Of a DNA stretch of 48,849 bases, positions 18,977-28,734 are shown in pieces. A model generated the notes under the pieces. It did not search any database. It had not been told where the DNA came from and was given only the letters and a program-made list of their open reading frames with translations. Numbering within the stretch: the stretch's first letter is position 1; each line of letters opens with the position of its first letter. The translations under genes were made by a program, and so were the position numbers. Source of the DNA: Bacillota bacterium (GTDB lineage Bacteria; Bacillota; Clostridia; Lachnospirales; Lachnospiraceae); assembly GCA_023414985.1 (NCBI GenBank), contig JAEZLY010000141.1:1-48849 (forward strand), in the 5' to 3' direction.

Positions 18977-20338
18977 ATGACACATAGTGTAGAATACGAT
19001 GAAAAAAAACAATTTTATAAACTGGTATTTTCTTTGGTATTGCCAATGGCATTACAGAATCTGATTAATGTCGGAGTAACCACCGCCGATGTCATCATGC
19101 TGGGCAAAGTTAGTGAAACAGCACTCTCCGCTTCCTCTTTGGCCGGTCAGGTGCAGTTCATTCTGTCACTGATCCTTTTCGGCCTTACCTCCGGTGCGGC
19201 TGTACTGACTGCACAGTACTGGGGTAAGAAGGACATTCGAACCATCGAGAAGATCATGGGAATTACATTGCGTATTTCTCTTTTTTTCGGAATCCTGTTT
19301 ACCATCCTCGTATTATTGCTGCCGAACCCGATCATGTCTCTGTTCTCCAATGAAGCAGACGTCATTGGTCAGGGAGCAGAGTACTTAAAAATCATTGCAT
19401 TTTCCTATATACTTACCTCGATTACGATGATTTATCTGAATATCATGCGGAGTGTGGAGCGCGTAATCATTGCAACTATCGTTTATCTTGTCTCTCTGAT
19501 CGTCAATGTCCTTATCGCCTTCCCGTTGATTTTCGGTCTATTCGGTCTGGAGCCTATGGGCATCCGCGGAGCTGCTTATGCTACCCTGATTGCAAGAGCC
19601 GTTGAGCTGCTGATCGTTTTATTTTATGCAATCTTTGTCAATAAAACCATTCGCTTTCATATCAAAGACCTGTTCGTTCATGATAAGCTGTTATTCAAAG
19701 ACTTTCTGGTTTATTCCATACCGGTCATGTGTAATGAGTTGATCTGGGGAGCCGGAACCAGTGTGAATTCCGCTATTATCGGACACCTTGGTAAATCTGT
19801 CGTAGCTGCCAATTCCGTGACTCAGGTTACCAGACAGCTGGCTATGGTCGTTGCCTTCGGTGTTGCAAATGCGACAGCAATTATCTTAGGGAAAGCAATC
19901 GGTGAAAACAAAGAGGAGCTGGCCAAGATCTATGCCAAGCGCTTCGTCCGACTGACGATTGTCCTTGGAATCATAGGAGCATTTGTCATCCTGATTGCCT
20001 CACAGGTAGCAAGACAGAACCTTTCCCTGAGCGATGAAGCAAGAAACTATCTTGGAATCATGATGCTTGTCATGACCTATTTTGCAATCTGCCAGGCCTA
20101 TAATACAACTATGGTCGTCGGCGTCTTCCGAGCCGGGGGTGATATTAACTTCGGATTATTTTTAGATTGTACCACCATGTGGTGTGGTTCCATCCTATGC
20201 GGTGCTCTGGCAGCCTTCGTCTTCAAGCTGCCGATCCCGATTGTCTATGTCATTCTGATGAGCGATGAGGTAATTAAGATACCACTGACCACCTGGAGAT
20301 ATAAGACGATGAAATGGGTGAAGAACGTAACCCGGTAG
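18977..20338 (+). CDS. MATE family efflux transporter
   Basis: LPMALQNLINVGVTTADVIMLG, AQYWGKKD, MGIRGAAYATLIAR and GVFRAGGD motifs. Confidence 0.93.
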   Translation: MTHSVEYDEKKQFYKLVFSLVLPMALQNLINVGVTTADVIMLGKVSETALSASSLAGQVQFILSLILFGLTSGAAVLTAQYWGKKDIRTIEKIMGITLRISLFFGILFTILVLLLPNPIMSLFSNEADVIGQGAEYLKIIAFSYILTSITMIYLNIMRSVERVIIATIVYLVSLIVNVLIAFPLIFGLFGLEPMGIRGAAYATLIARAVELLIVLFYAIFVNKTIRFHIKDLFVHDKLLFKDFLVYSIPVMCNELIWGAGTSVNSAIIGHLGKSVVAANSVTQVTRQLAMVVAFGVANATAIILGKAIGENKEELAKIYAKRFVRLTIVLGIIGAFVILIASQVARQNLSLSDEARNYLGIMMLVMTYFAICQAYNTTMVVGVFRAGGDINFGLFLDCTTMWCGSILCGALAAFVFKLPIPIVYVILMSDEVIKIPLTTWRYKTMKWVKNVTR

Positions 20339-20344
20339 CTGCCC

Positions 20345-21169
20345 TCATTCCTTCGATGAAGCCCCCTGACGGCTCCCCCGTCCCTGTCGATATTCCCTCG
20401 GAGTCATCCCATAGCTCTTCTTAAAATGCATCGTAAAATTAGAATGCGAACTGAAGGCAAGATTACTGGAAATCTCCTGCAGACCGGCTTCGGAAAAGAG
20501 CAGCATCTGCTTCGCTGCCTCCAATCTCTCATTCATGATATAGTCTGTAATCGTCCTGCCCGTTTCTTTATGAAATAAGGAGGAAAGATATTGCGGGGTC
20601 AGCCCGCAGTGCTTCGCAAGCCCGGTCAGCGTAATCTGATAATGCAGATGATCCAGAATATAGGCTATGCTCTGAGTAACCGGATAGGAATAGGCCCTTT
20701 GCTTCCTGTTCTTCCTCACTCGTTTCGTAAAGTCAAAGATGGCTACGACAAACAGCTGGTTTACCTCATCGGTACTTTTGCAGATGTCCATTTTCTGAAT
20801 ATATACATCACTCAGATTATAGGCTTCGATTTCAGGCATTCCACCTTCGATTGCACTTCTGGTCGCAAGGGCGATGCCTGATACAAAGATATACTGAACC
20901 TGTCGCAGAGGATCCTTCGAGAGATAACCAACATAGTGATCGTTGATAGCGATGTTCCTCAGAATGTGATTGAGGGTATCCGTATTACCACTCCGGACGC
21001 AATCAAACAATTCCTTTTCCAATCGATACACCATATTACTTTCCAGTGTCTCCCGCTGTTCATAGATCGCCTGGCGGTATGCCTTCATTACATCCTGCGG
21101 CGGCTCTACTACAGAAATTTCTCCGATATTCTTTACATCGAACTTCACCTTCACCCCGATCACCCCCAT
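20345..21169 (-). CDS. AraC family regulator, divergent from the GH3 gene
   Basis: TRSAIEGG...AYNLSDVYIQ helical sensor; C-terminal AraC HTH. Confidence 0.9.
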   Translation of the reverse strand: MGVIGVKVKFDVKNIGEISVVEPPQDVMKAYRQAIYEQRETLESNMVYRLEKELFDCVRSGNTDTLNHILRNIAINDHYVGYLSKDPLRQVQYIFVSGIALATRSAIEGGMPEIEAYNLSDVYIQKMDICKSTDEVNQLFVVAIFDFTKRVRKNRKQRAYSYPVTQSIAYILDHLHYQITLTGLAKHCGLTPQYLSSLFHKETGRTITDYIMNERLEAAKQMLLFSEAGLQEISSNLAFSSHSNFTMHFKKSYGMTPREYRQGRGSRQGASSKE

Positions 21170-21337
21170 AGAATCAGTTCGTTTCGATATCTCTATTCTA
21201 CCATAGAATTTATATTAAAAACAGGATATTTATCTTAAATTAGAGATAGTTTTTTCTATGACATTTGATAATATGAAATTGAATCATGTTCTTCATTTTA
21301 TACGAAGGATTACTCTATTATGGGAGGTATATGACTG

Positions 21338-23743
21338 ATGGATTATAAAGCAAAAGCCAAAGAACTAGTAAAGCAGATGACCCTGGAGGAGAAGGCCGGA
21401 CTCTGCAGCGGTAACAGTTTCTGGTATTTAAAAAGTGTGGATCGATTAGGTCTTTCTTCGATCATGGTAACTGATGGCCCTCACGGACTTCGCAAACAAG
21501 CCGGGTCGTCAGATCATCTTGGTCTGAATGACAGTGTGCCTGCCACCAGCTTTCCGACTGCCAGTGCGACAGCCTGCAGCTTCGATCCTGAACTACTGGA
21601 GAAAATGGGTGAAGCACTCGGTGAAAAATGCCTTGCAGAAGAGGTTGCCGTGATTCTCGGACCGGGTACCAATATCAAAAGGAGCCCGCTTTGCGGACGT
21701 AATTTTGAATATTTTAGTGAGGATCCGTATCTTGCCGGAGAAATGGCCACCGCACTGATTAAGGGAATACAAAACAAAAATGTAGGCACCTCGCTGAAGC
21801 ATTTTGCAGTGAACAATCAGGAGTCTGCCCGTATGACCGTGGACTCCGTAGTAGATGAACGCGCCTTTCGAGAAATCTATCTGGCAGCCTTTGAAACAGC
21901 CGTAAAGAAATCACAGCCCTGGACCGTGATGTCCAGCTACAATAAGATTAACGGTACCTATGCCTGTGAAAATCAATATCTTCTCACCGATATCCTGAGA
22001 AAAGAATGGGGCTTCGAAGGTCTTGTCGTCAGTGACTGGGGTGCAGTGAACGATCGGGTTCAGGGCGTAAAAGCCGGTATGGATCTTGAGATGCCCTCCA
22101 TCTCCCATGACACAGACGCTGAGATTATCGCCGCCGTAAAGGATGGTTCCTTATCTGAGAAGGATGTGGATCTCTGTGCTGAACGAGTCACCGAGCTTAT
22201 TCTGAAGGGTCAGGAGAAAAAGACCTCACCGGGAAATAAGGATAAAGAGCACCACGCTCTGGCCCGTGAAATCGCCGGAAAATCAGCCGTACTATTAAAG
22301 AATGAAGCATCCATTCTTCCGATCTGTCCTACCTCCAAGGTGGCAGTAATCGGGCAAATGGCTAAGAAAGCCAGATATCAGGGTGCGGGCAGCAGTCGAA
22401 TTAACCCCGCTTATCTTGACAATGCTTATGACGCTTTAAAGGAAGCCGGTGTCAACGCTTCCTATGCCGACGGGTATACGCTCGGCAGCAATACCGTTGA
22501 TCAGGCACAAATCAAAGAAGCCTGCGTAGTAGCAAAGGATAGCGATATCGTATTACTTTTTGCAGGTCTTCCTGATGAATACGAAAGCGAAGGCTTTGAC
22601 CGCACCACCTTGGATATGCCGGAAAGCCACAACAGACTCATTACAGAAGTGGCTAAGGCAAATCCTAATATCATCGTAGTTCTCCAGCTGGGTGCACCTG
22701 TTCTGATGCCTTGGAAGGACAGTGTAAAAGGTATTCTGCTAATGTATCTGGCAGGTCAGGCCGGTGGAGCTGCTACTGCAGATTTATTGCTGGGTAAGGT
22801 CAATCCAAGCGGAAAATTAGCGGAGACCTTCCCCGCCGCATTACAGGATAACTCCAGCCATTCCTACTTCCCCGGCACCTCAAAATCAGTTCAATACCGA
22901 GAGAGTATTTATGTAGGTTACCGCTATTATGATACTGTAAAACATAAGGTTACCTTCCCCTTTGGATACGGTTTATCTTACACCACCTTCGATTACAGCA
23001 ACCTTGTCGTGGAAGAGCTTGCTCCTTACCGCTATCAGGTAAGCGTTGATGTAACCAACACAGGAAAGGAAGCAGGTGCAGAAGCCGTTCAATTGTATGT
23101 TCACTGCACCGATTCCAAGCTATTCCGCGCCGTGAAGGAACTGAAAGGCTTCGGAAAGGTATCCCTGGACCCCGGCGAATGCAAGACTGTCAGGATGCAG
23201 CTGGATCAGAGAAGCTTTGCTTATTATAATACTGTAGCCAAGGATTGGTGCGTCGAGGGCGGTACCTATGAATTACTGATCGGTGCTTCCAGCACAGATA
23301 TCCGTCTCAAAGCTTCTATCTCCCTGACCGGAGACAGCAAGGAAGCTTTGCTCGCAGACCTGTATCAGAAGCTGTCGGAGTATAAGACACCCTCTTATCC
23401 TTTCCGAAGCAGCGACGGACAATTCTACACCCTGTTAGGTTATACACCCAAAGCAGATCGTTTCGGCAAGCCCTATGACAGAAATGCTACTCTGGGTGAC
23501 ATCAAGGATACCCTGATTGGAAAGATCCTTTGTTCTGTTGTGAAGAAGGAAATGAATAAAATGTTAGGCGGAGATTCTGCACCGGATCCCACTATGGTTC
23601 TTATGATGGAGAAATCAGTCATGGAGATGCCTCTTCGTTCGATGAAAATGGCAGGAGGACTAAATAACAGCAAAATCGAAGGTATCGTCGCCTTGGCCAA
23701 CGGTCATATCTTCAAGGGCATCGGGGCAATGCTTCGTAAATAA
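21338..23743 (+). CDS. GH3 beta-glucosidase (cytoplasmic, Fn3-like C-terminal domain)
   Basis: TDGPHGLR, GRNFEYFSEDP, LKHFAVN, VVSDWG (nucleophile Asp), ESEGFDR and FPFGYGLSYT motifs; no signal peptide. Confidence 0.95.
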   Translation: MDYKAKAKELVKQMTLEEKAGLCSGNSFWYLKSVDRLGLSSIMVTDGPHGLRKQAGSSDHLGLNDSVPATSFPTASATACSFDPELLEKMGEALGEKCLAEEVAVILGPGTNIKRSPLCGRNFEYFSEDPYLAGEMATALIKGIQNKNVGTSLKHFAVNNQESARMTVDSVVDERAFREIYLAAFETAVKKSQPWTVMSSYNKINGTYACENQYLLTDILRKEWGFEGLVVSDWGAVNDRVQGVKAGMDLEMPSISHDTDAEIIAAVKDGSLSEKDVDLCAERVTELILKGQEKKTSPGNKDKEHHALAREIAGKSAVLLKNEASILPICPTSKVAVIGQMAKKARYQGAGSSRINPAYLDNAYDALKEAGVNASYADGYTLGSNTVDQAQIKEACVVAKDSDIVLLFAGLPDEYESEGFDRTTLDMPESHNRLITEVAKANPNIIVVLQLGAPVLMPWKDSVKGILLMYLAGQAGGAATADLLLGKVNPSGKLAETFPAALQDNSSHSYFPGTSKSVQYRESIYVGYRYYDTVKHKVTFPFGYGLSYTTFDYSNLVVEELAPYRYQVSVDVTNTGKEAGAEAVQLYVHCTDSKLFRAVKELKGFGKVSLDPGECKTVRMQLDQRSFAYYNTVAKDWCVEGGTYELLIGASSTDIRLKASISLTGDSKEALLADLYQKLSEYKTPSYPFRSSDGQFYTLLGYTPKADRFGKPYDRNATLGDIKDTLIGKILCSVVKKEMNKMLGGDSAPDPTMVLMMEKSVMEMPLRSMKMAGGLNNSKIEGIVALANGHIFKGIGAMLRK

Positions 23744-23775
23744 TCGACCTACATAGGATCATTGTATAAGAACGA

Positions 23776-23831
23776 AAATAAGGCTGTCGGGTAGTTTCTG
23801 ATCATCAGAAGCTTCCCGGCCAGCCTTATTT
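23776..23831. terminator. Probable bidirectional intrinsic terminator
   Basis: AAATAAGGCTG...CAGCCTTATTT long hairpin between convergent genes. Confidence 0.65.
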
Positions 23832-23951
23832 CTTATTCGTATCCGCAATCGTATCTTCTTAATTAACTCTATAATGAGCCGTCTACTCTATTTTAATGAA
23901 AGCCGGGCTTACCCCGTTGTTATTTCAATCGCTACTTAACCTAACGCAAAC

Positions 23952-24353
23952 TTATTTGCTTCTTTTGCCTCTCTGCCTGAGTAACGGAAATTCCCCGCTC
24001 TCCTTCAGTTTTTTCATATAGTCTGCACGCCTGGACTTCATTCTTTCCGTGTCCTTTTTGTCCATTACGCCAAGCTCTGCCAGCTTGTCAAGAACCTTGT
24101 CCTGCGCTTTTCTTTCTTCGTCAAGCAGGGCGTATACATCGTTCTTTTGATCTGCCGTCAAGGTGTTCCATTTTTTTATTGCTTGATTTATCTTTTCCTC
24201 AAAAAGTGCTCTGTTACCTTTATGGTTCGTATCCTTTTCCGACAATGTCATCGTCCCTGTATCCGTCTCAGCTGCAAAGGCAGTAACCGGACTTACTCCA
24301 ATGATTGTGACTGCAATCGCCGCCACAACCCCAAATAATCGCGCCTTTAACAT
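23952..24353 (-). CDS. Secreted helical hypothetical protein, probably sporulation-associated
   Basis: Signal peptide ending AFA-AE; GAGGGAG RBS before ATG 24353; sigmaF-like promoter upstream. Confidence 0.75.
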   Translation of the reverse strand: MLKARLFGVVAAIAVTIIGVSPVTAFAAETDTGTMTLSEKDTNHKGNRALFEEKINQAIKKWNTLTADQKNDVYALLDEERKAQDKVLDKLAELGVMDKKDTERMKSRRADYMKKLKESGEFPLLRQRGKRSK

Positions 24354-24405
24354 AAGCTCCCTCACTTTCTCAACAAGCAACAGGGTAAAAACCAGCTTTC
24401 AATTT

Positions 24406-24435
24406 TAGTGTTCCCAAGGGCAGGTAAAACTATGA
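24406..24435 (-). promoter_or_regulatory. sigmaF-type forespore promoter
   Basis: Minus strand tCATA-N15-GGGAACACTA fits the Bacillus sigmaF pattern GYWTA-N15-GGnnAnAHTR. Confidence 0.55.
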
Positions 24436-24614
24436 AAATGAGAAAGACCATATTTAGAATCTTCCCTTTGTCGAAAACAAGGAAGAAACTCTTGCAAAAA
24501 ATAATTAAAAAAGCTACTATAATTACGACAGGCAGAACATCAGCCGTTCCGGCAGTTCTGATTCCTACTGCAGAAGAATAAGCTAGAGCAACTGAAAGGT
24601 ACGAGTGATACAAT

Positions 24615-25607
24615 ATGGATATTAATATACAGTATTTAGGAAGCAGGAAACAGACAGATATCCTCCAATATACCCTGAAAAATGATCTTGGAATGGAAGT
24701 ACATCTGCTGAGCTGGGGAGCAACCATCCGCAGAATCCTGCTTCCGTTTCTTGATGGCACCAAGAAAAATGTCGTCCTGTCTTATGCGGACTGGTCAGAT
24801 TATATAGAAAATCCGGTTTTCACCGGTGTTACCATCGGTCCGGCAGTGCGTCTCTGGAATGGAAATGACAGCACCCCCTACGCTACGATGAGAAACTGGA
24901 CCGAGTTGGATACTCGGGTAGATCAGGAGGGCTGCAGCGTAACACTATCCTTGACACTGTCCGACGGGGAAGGCGGTTATCCGGGCAAACGGGACTTGAA
25001 GGTCATTTATACCCTGAATAACAGTAATACGCTTCGTATCCGCTATCTGGGTTCTTCGGATAAGGACACTTATATTAATCCTACCAATCTTACTTACTTT
25101 AACTTAAGTGGGGATTTTTCTAAATCCGCTCTGGAGCAGCAATTGCAGATCAGCTCCTCCATGTATGTGGCTAACTACCGGGATCAGGCCCCAGCTGCCT
25201 TCTCCCCCTGTACCCATTCTCCCTTCGATTTCTCCGTCAGTCAGAGAATATCCGAGCAGCTGGCAAAATATCAGCGAAATTCCCAGCTTCAATATGCGAA
25301 GGGCTTCCAGCATACCTTTCTGTTAACACAACCCTCCCCCGGACGCAGAGCATTACTCCTGAAATCAGGCATCTCCGGATATTCCATGGAGCTCTATACG
25401 GATGCCCCGGGAATCCGATTTTATTCCGGAGGTCTGCTGGATAATTCATACTACCTGCCCGGGGATCTTCGTTCCTCAAAATCCTGTGCCGTATTATTGA
25501 GTGCACAGGATCTTCCCGATACACCTCATTTCTGTCCGGAACAATGCAGGTACACAAGCCCCGGCAATCCATATGAAAGAACGATCCTCTATCGGTTCAC
25601 CAGATAA
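24615..25607 (+). CDS. Aldose 1-epimerase (GalM) homolog lacking catalytic residues
   Basis: GalM fold motifs (WGATI, NVVLSY, GGYPG, TN.TYFNLSG, PFDF) present; canonical His and Glu residues substituted. Confidence 0.8.
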   Translation: MDINIQYLGSRKQTDILQYTLKNDLGMEVHLLSWGATIRRILLPFLDGTKKNVVLSYADWSDYIENPVFTGVTIGPAVRLWNGNDSTPYATMRNWTELDTRVDQEGCSVTLSLTLSDGEGGYPGKRDLKVIYTLNNSNTLRIRYLGSSDKDTYINPTNLTYFNLSGDFSKSALEQQLQISSSMYVANYRDQAPAAFSPCTHSPFDFSVSQRISEQLAKYQRNSQLQYAKGFQHTFLLTQPSPGRRALLLKSGISGYSMELYTDAPGIRFYSGGLLDNSYYLPGDLRSSKSCAVLLSAQDLPDTPHFCPEQCRYTSPGNPYERTILYRFTR

Positions 25608-25693
25608 ATCATTGCCAACCGCCAAATACTATATTATGATTAGCATGACAAGCTCTGATGAAGAAGTCCTTTCATACAAGAATGGAGATTATT

Positions 25694-26686
25694 ATGAAAA
25701 AGATACTGATGATAGGTACCGGTGGTACCATTGCATCCAAAGTAACCCCCGATGGTCTCCATCCGCAGCTGACCTCGGAGGAAATCCTGGAATATATTCC
25801 GGGAATATCAAAGCTGTGTGAGGTCGAGACCTTACAGCTTTGCAATATCGACAGCACAAACATCTCTCCCGATCTCTGGATTCTGCTAACGAACAGTATT
25901 CGCGAGAATTATAATAACTATGACGGATTTGTCATTTGCCACGGAACCGATACGATGGCTTATACAGCTGCAGCACTTTCCTATCTGATACAGGGATCTC
26001 CAAAACCCATTATTATCACCGGAGCTCAGCGCCCCATTAATATGGAGGTTACGGATTCAAAGACCAATCTCTTCGACAGCTTTTATTATGCGTCCTCGGA
26101 GCAGGCTTGCGGAGTTCAGATCGTATTTAACGGCAAGGTCATACTCGGAACCAGGGCACGAAAGACACGATCCAAAAGCTTTCAGGCTTTCTCCAGTATC
26201 AATTACCCTTACTTGGCAGTCATTCAGGAGGAGCATATCCTTTCCTACATCTCTCAGGAGAAAAAAGCAGAACCTGTCTTTTATGACAGTCTGAACCCCA
26301 GAGTGGCCCTTTTTAAACTGACCCCCGGAGCAGATCCGGATATTCTTTCCTATATGCTTTCCGTAAAGGATGCCGTTATTATAGAGAGCTATGGCGTGGG
26401 TGGTATCCCATCCCTTCCGGACAATCGCTTTTTTGAAGTGATCAGGGATTGGACAGACAAAGGAAAAGTAATCGTCATGACAACGCAGGTTCCCAATGAG
26501 GGCAGCGATATGAATATCTATCAGGTTGGCCACGAGTTAAAAAGCAAGGTGAATATCCTGGAAGCCTATGATATGAATACGGAGGCTGTCGTATGTAAGC
26601 TTATGTGGATTTTAGGCATGACAGGGAATCTCGAAGAGATCAAGAGATTATTCTATACTACGATCAGTAATGATATTCTCTATTAA
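25694..26686 (+). CDS. ansA: L-asparaginase type I (cytoplasmic)
   Basis: GTGGTIAS, NIDST, HGTDTMAY and ITGAQRP motifs; start ATG 25694 with GGAG RBS. Confidence 0.92.
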   Translation: MKKILMIGTGGTIASKVTPDGLHPQLTSEEILEYIPGISKLCEVETLQLCNIDSTNISPDLWILLTNSIRENYNNYDGFVICHGTDTMAYTAAALSYLIQGSPKPIIITGAQRPINMEVTDSKTNLFDSFYYASSEQACGVQIVFNGKVILGTRARKTRSKSFQAFSSINYPYLAVIQEEHILSYISQEKKAEPVFYDSLNPRVALFKLTPGADPDILSYMLSVKDAVIIESYGVGGIPSLPDNRFFEVIRDWTDKGKVIVMTTQVPNEGSDMNIYQVGHELKSKVNILEAYDMNTEAVVCKLMWILGMTGNLEEIKRLFYTTISNDILY

Positions 26687-26699
26687 GAATAACGATAAA

Positions 26700-26776
26700 A
26701 AAAGGCTGTCCCATGGAAGCCAGGAACAGAGGTTACTCACACACGAACCTTCTGATCCCTTCCGGGGCAGCCTTTT
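26700..26776. terminator. Long hairpin between convergent genes, probable bidirectional terminator
   Basis: AAAAGGCTGTCCC...GGGGCAGCCTTTT arms. Confidence 0.55.
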
Positions 26777-26805
26777 AACGTACTGTTTATTTGCAGTTTA
26801 TTATT

Positions 26806-27969
26806 CTAATCTACGCTTTTTCGATTTCTTAAGAAAAAGAACAGCAGCACCGCTACAGCAAAGGAAGCTCCACTCACCAACAGATATCTGGATCTGGCCA
26901 GCTCACTATGTAGTAATGCTCGGCTGATCTTCGTAAAATTAGGTGATAAGAATGATCCAAGATTATTAATCGCCATATTGAAAGAGATGCTCATGGTAAC
27001 CACCGGTGGATGCTCCCTCTCAGAGATACTGACCACCACCTGAGCCATAACCATGCTTAAGCTGAAGCCGGCAATGAATACACCGATCAAGATCAACACA
27101 TAATTTTCTGCGAATGCAGTGATTAAGGCTCCCAGTGCCAGATTGAAGAAGCCCAGTGCAATCACGCGCTCTCCCATCCGCTTTGCCAGACTTTTATACA
27201 TCAGTCCTGCAGGCACGCCGCTCAGCATGAATATCGCCGATGCAACTCCGGCCCGGACTGAACCGGTAATAGAATTTTCCTTTAAATGCATGGATAAATT
27301 TGTGGGTATCACATTAAACAACAGCATGAACAGGAAAGCGATGATCCCGTATTCCAGCACAACCCTTGCTGATACCTTAACTCTCCCGCCGTCTGTCTTC
27401 CTAACTCGCTGCGGCTTATCCAGCGGCAGCCCCGTCAGGAGGAGAACAAATCCCGGGATGATAAGGAGGAACGCCAGGTAATTATAGTACCATCCAATGT
27501 TCGCCAGAAGCCCACCGAGCAAGGATAGAAGTACACCCCCGACACTGATGACGGCACTTTGCAGCCCCATGGTACTGCTTCTTTCTTCACCAGCAAAATT
27601 GTCAGCAATCAACGAGACACCCAGTGGTACGAGAATCCCCACTGCTATTCCCAACGTAATCTCCCATACATATAAAATGAGCAGAGAGTTATGGAAGAAG
27701 AAACCACCGAATGCCGTTACCATAAACATAATGGCCGAAAACAAAGCCAAGTATTTCTTTGACATAAACTCCGCCAGCTTGCCTGTTAAAAGCGACATCA
27801 AGATGATCACCACACAGGGGCAGGTGGCAAGAAACTGTATGGTCGTCGCATTGTACTGCGGAAACAGTTCAGCGATCTTTGCCAATACCGACGAGATCAC
27901 GATTGTTCCGATCTGTACAAGACTGTAGAACATGATTGCCAGTTTTATTGTAAACTTGGAAGCCTTCAT
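26806..27969 (-). CDS. MFS transporter
   Basis: 12-TM pattern, motif-A-like GKLAEFMSKK, LIADNFAGEERSSTMG. Confidence 0.9.
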   Translation of the reverse strand: MKASKFTIKLAIMFYSLVQIGTIVISSVLAKIAELFPQYNATTIQFLATCPCVVIILMSLLTGKLAEFMSKKYLALFSAIMFMVTAFGGFFFHNSLLILYVWEITLGIAVGILVPLGVSLIADNFAGEERSSTMGLQSAVISVGGVLLSLLGGLLANIGWYYNYLAFLLIIPGFVLLLTGLPLDKPQRVRKTDGGRVKVSARVVLEYGIIAFLFMLLFNVIPTNLSMHLKENSITGSVRAGVASAIFMLSGVPAGLMYKSLAKRMGERVIALGFFNLALGALITAFAENYVLILIGVFIAGFSLSMVMAQVVVSISEREHPPVVTMSISFNMAINNLGSFLSPNFTKISRALLHSELARSRYLLVSGASFAVAVLLFFFLRNRKSVD

Positions 27970-28122
27970 TCTTCTCCTCCTTAATTATCGAATCATTATC
28001 ATAATAAAACAAATGGATTCCATCAGTATTCCAATGATAGTATACCAATCCGGGAATGTCAACCTGCTGTGTCCTATTATGGATTTATCATACAATTTTT
28101 TTATTAAATATTGGTATTTCAT

Positions 28123-28152
28123 GAATATTAGCATGTCCAAATGATAATAATA
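28123..28152 (+). promoter_or_regulatory. sigmaG-type promoter
   Basis: GAATA-N18-AATAATA, similar to the sigmaG consensus GHATA-N18-(C/A)ATAnTA. The region is AT-rich, so a chance match is possible. Confidence 0.45.
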
Positions 28153-28189
28153 TTACTGTTTTAAACAACTAATATAGGAGGAAATCAGA

Positions 28190-28363
28190 ATGGATAACTC
28201 AAGCAGAAATGATACTTCTACTTCCAGCAGAAATACAACGTCAAATCCCAGCAAGAATACCAACAGAAATGATGCCGGTTCTACAAGAAATGACGCCGGT
28301 ACTTCTAGAAATGATGCTGGTTCCAGCAGAAATGATGCTTCCAACTCTAACAGAAATAGATAG
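28190..28363 (+). CDS. 57-aa N/S/R/D/T-rich repeat microprotein (absent from the ORF track)
   Basis: AGGAGG RBS, ATG 28190, TAG 28361-28363; MDNSSRNDTSTSSRNTTSNPSKNTNRNDAGSTRNDAGTSRNDAGSSRNDASNSNRNR; followed by a terminator. Confidence 0.8.
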   Translation: MDNSSRNDTSTSSRNTTSNPSKNTNRNDAGSTRNDAGTSRNDAGSSRNDASNSNRNR

Positions 28364-28380
28364 GAACACAGACGACAAAG

Positions 28381-28410
28381 AAAAAGTCTCCATGACAATG
28401 GAGACTTTTT
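28381..28410 (+). terminator. Intrinsic terminator of the microprotein gene
   Basis: AAAAAGTCTCCAT-GACA-ATGGAGACTTTTT perfect stem with T-tract. Confidence 0.85.
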
Positions 28411-28462
28411 CTTTTTACTAAAACAATAAAATAATCTGGAACCGGGATCCCTCCGAAGCAAT

Positions 28463-28491
28463 AAAAAAAGAAGCCGAGCTGCTTCTTTTTT
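28463..28491 (-). terminator. Intrinsic terminator after tRNA-Gln
   Basis: AAAAAAGAAGC-CGAGCT-GCTTCTTTTTT. Confidence 0.75.
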
Positions 28492-28498
28492 GTCTTAA

Positions 28499-28570
28499 CT
28501 GGGGTACAAGGATTCGAACCTTGAGATGCTGGAGTCAGAGTCCAGTGCCTTACCGTTTGGCGATACCCCA
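28499..28570 (-). tRNA. tRNA-Gln (anticodon CTG), CCA not encoded
   Basis: TGGGGTATCGCCAAACGGTAAGGCACTGGACTCTGACTCCAGCATCTCAAGGTTCGAATCCTTGTACCCCAG folds as a cloverleaf with a TTCGAAT T-loop. Confidence 0.97.
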
Positions 28571-28613
28571 ATTTATTCATTTTTATGGCGGCTTGTCAGC
28601 TGCCACGAATGAT

Positions 28614-28642
28614 ATTATAACCTATACGGATTTGATTTTCAA
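28614..28642 (-). promoter_or_regulatory. sigmaA promoter of tRNA-Gln
   Basis: TTGAAA-N17-TATAAT with upstream A-tracts (UP element-like). Confidence 0.8.
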
Positions 28643-28734
28643 GTCCTAATTTTTTATTTTTTTCAAAAAATTTAGAACCTTTTTCTTCCACACTTCTGCC
28701 GGTTACCTTACCCGGCAGAAATGTACCTATGGAT

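Noticed and set aside
27985..28005. Fur box upstream of the MFS gene
   Set aside because: Only a half-site (TGATAATGATT) in AT-rich DNA.
28190..28363. 18-nt repeats as a CRISPR array
   Set aside because: No unique spacers and no cas genes; the repeats are in-frame coding units.
28153..28461. Track ORFs 28153-28461(-), 28209-28421(+) and 28347-28580(-)
   Set aside because: Shadow frames of the repeat gene and tRNA; the RBS and terminator fit the 28190-28363 frame.
28499..28570. tRNA-Gln as an integration site for an island
   Set aside because: No integrase and no duplicated tRNA 3' end noticed in the window.
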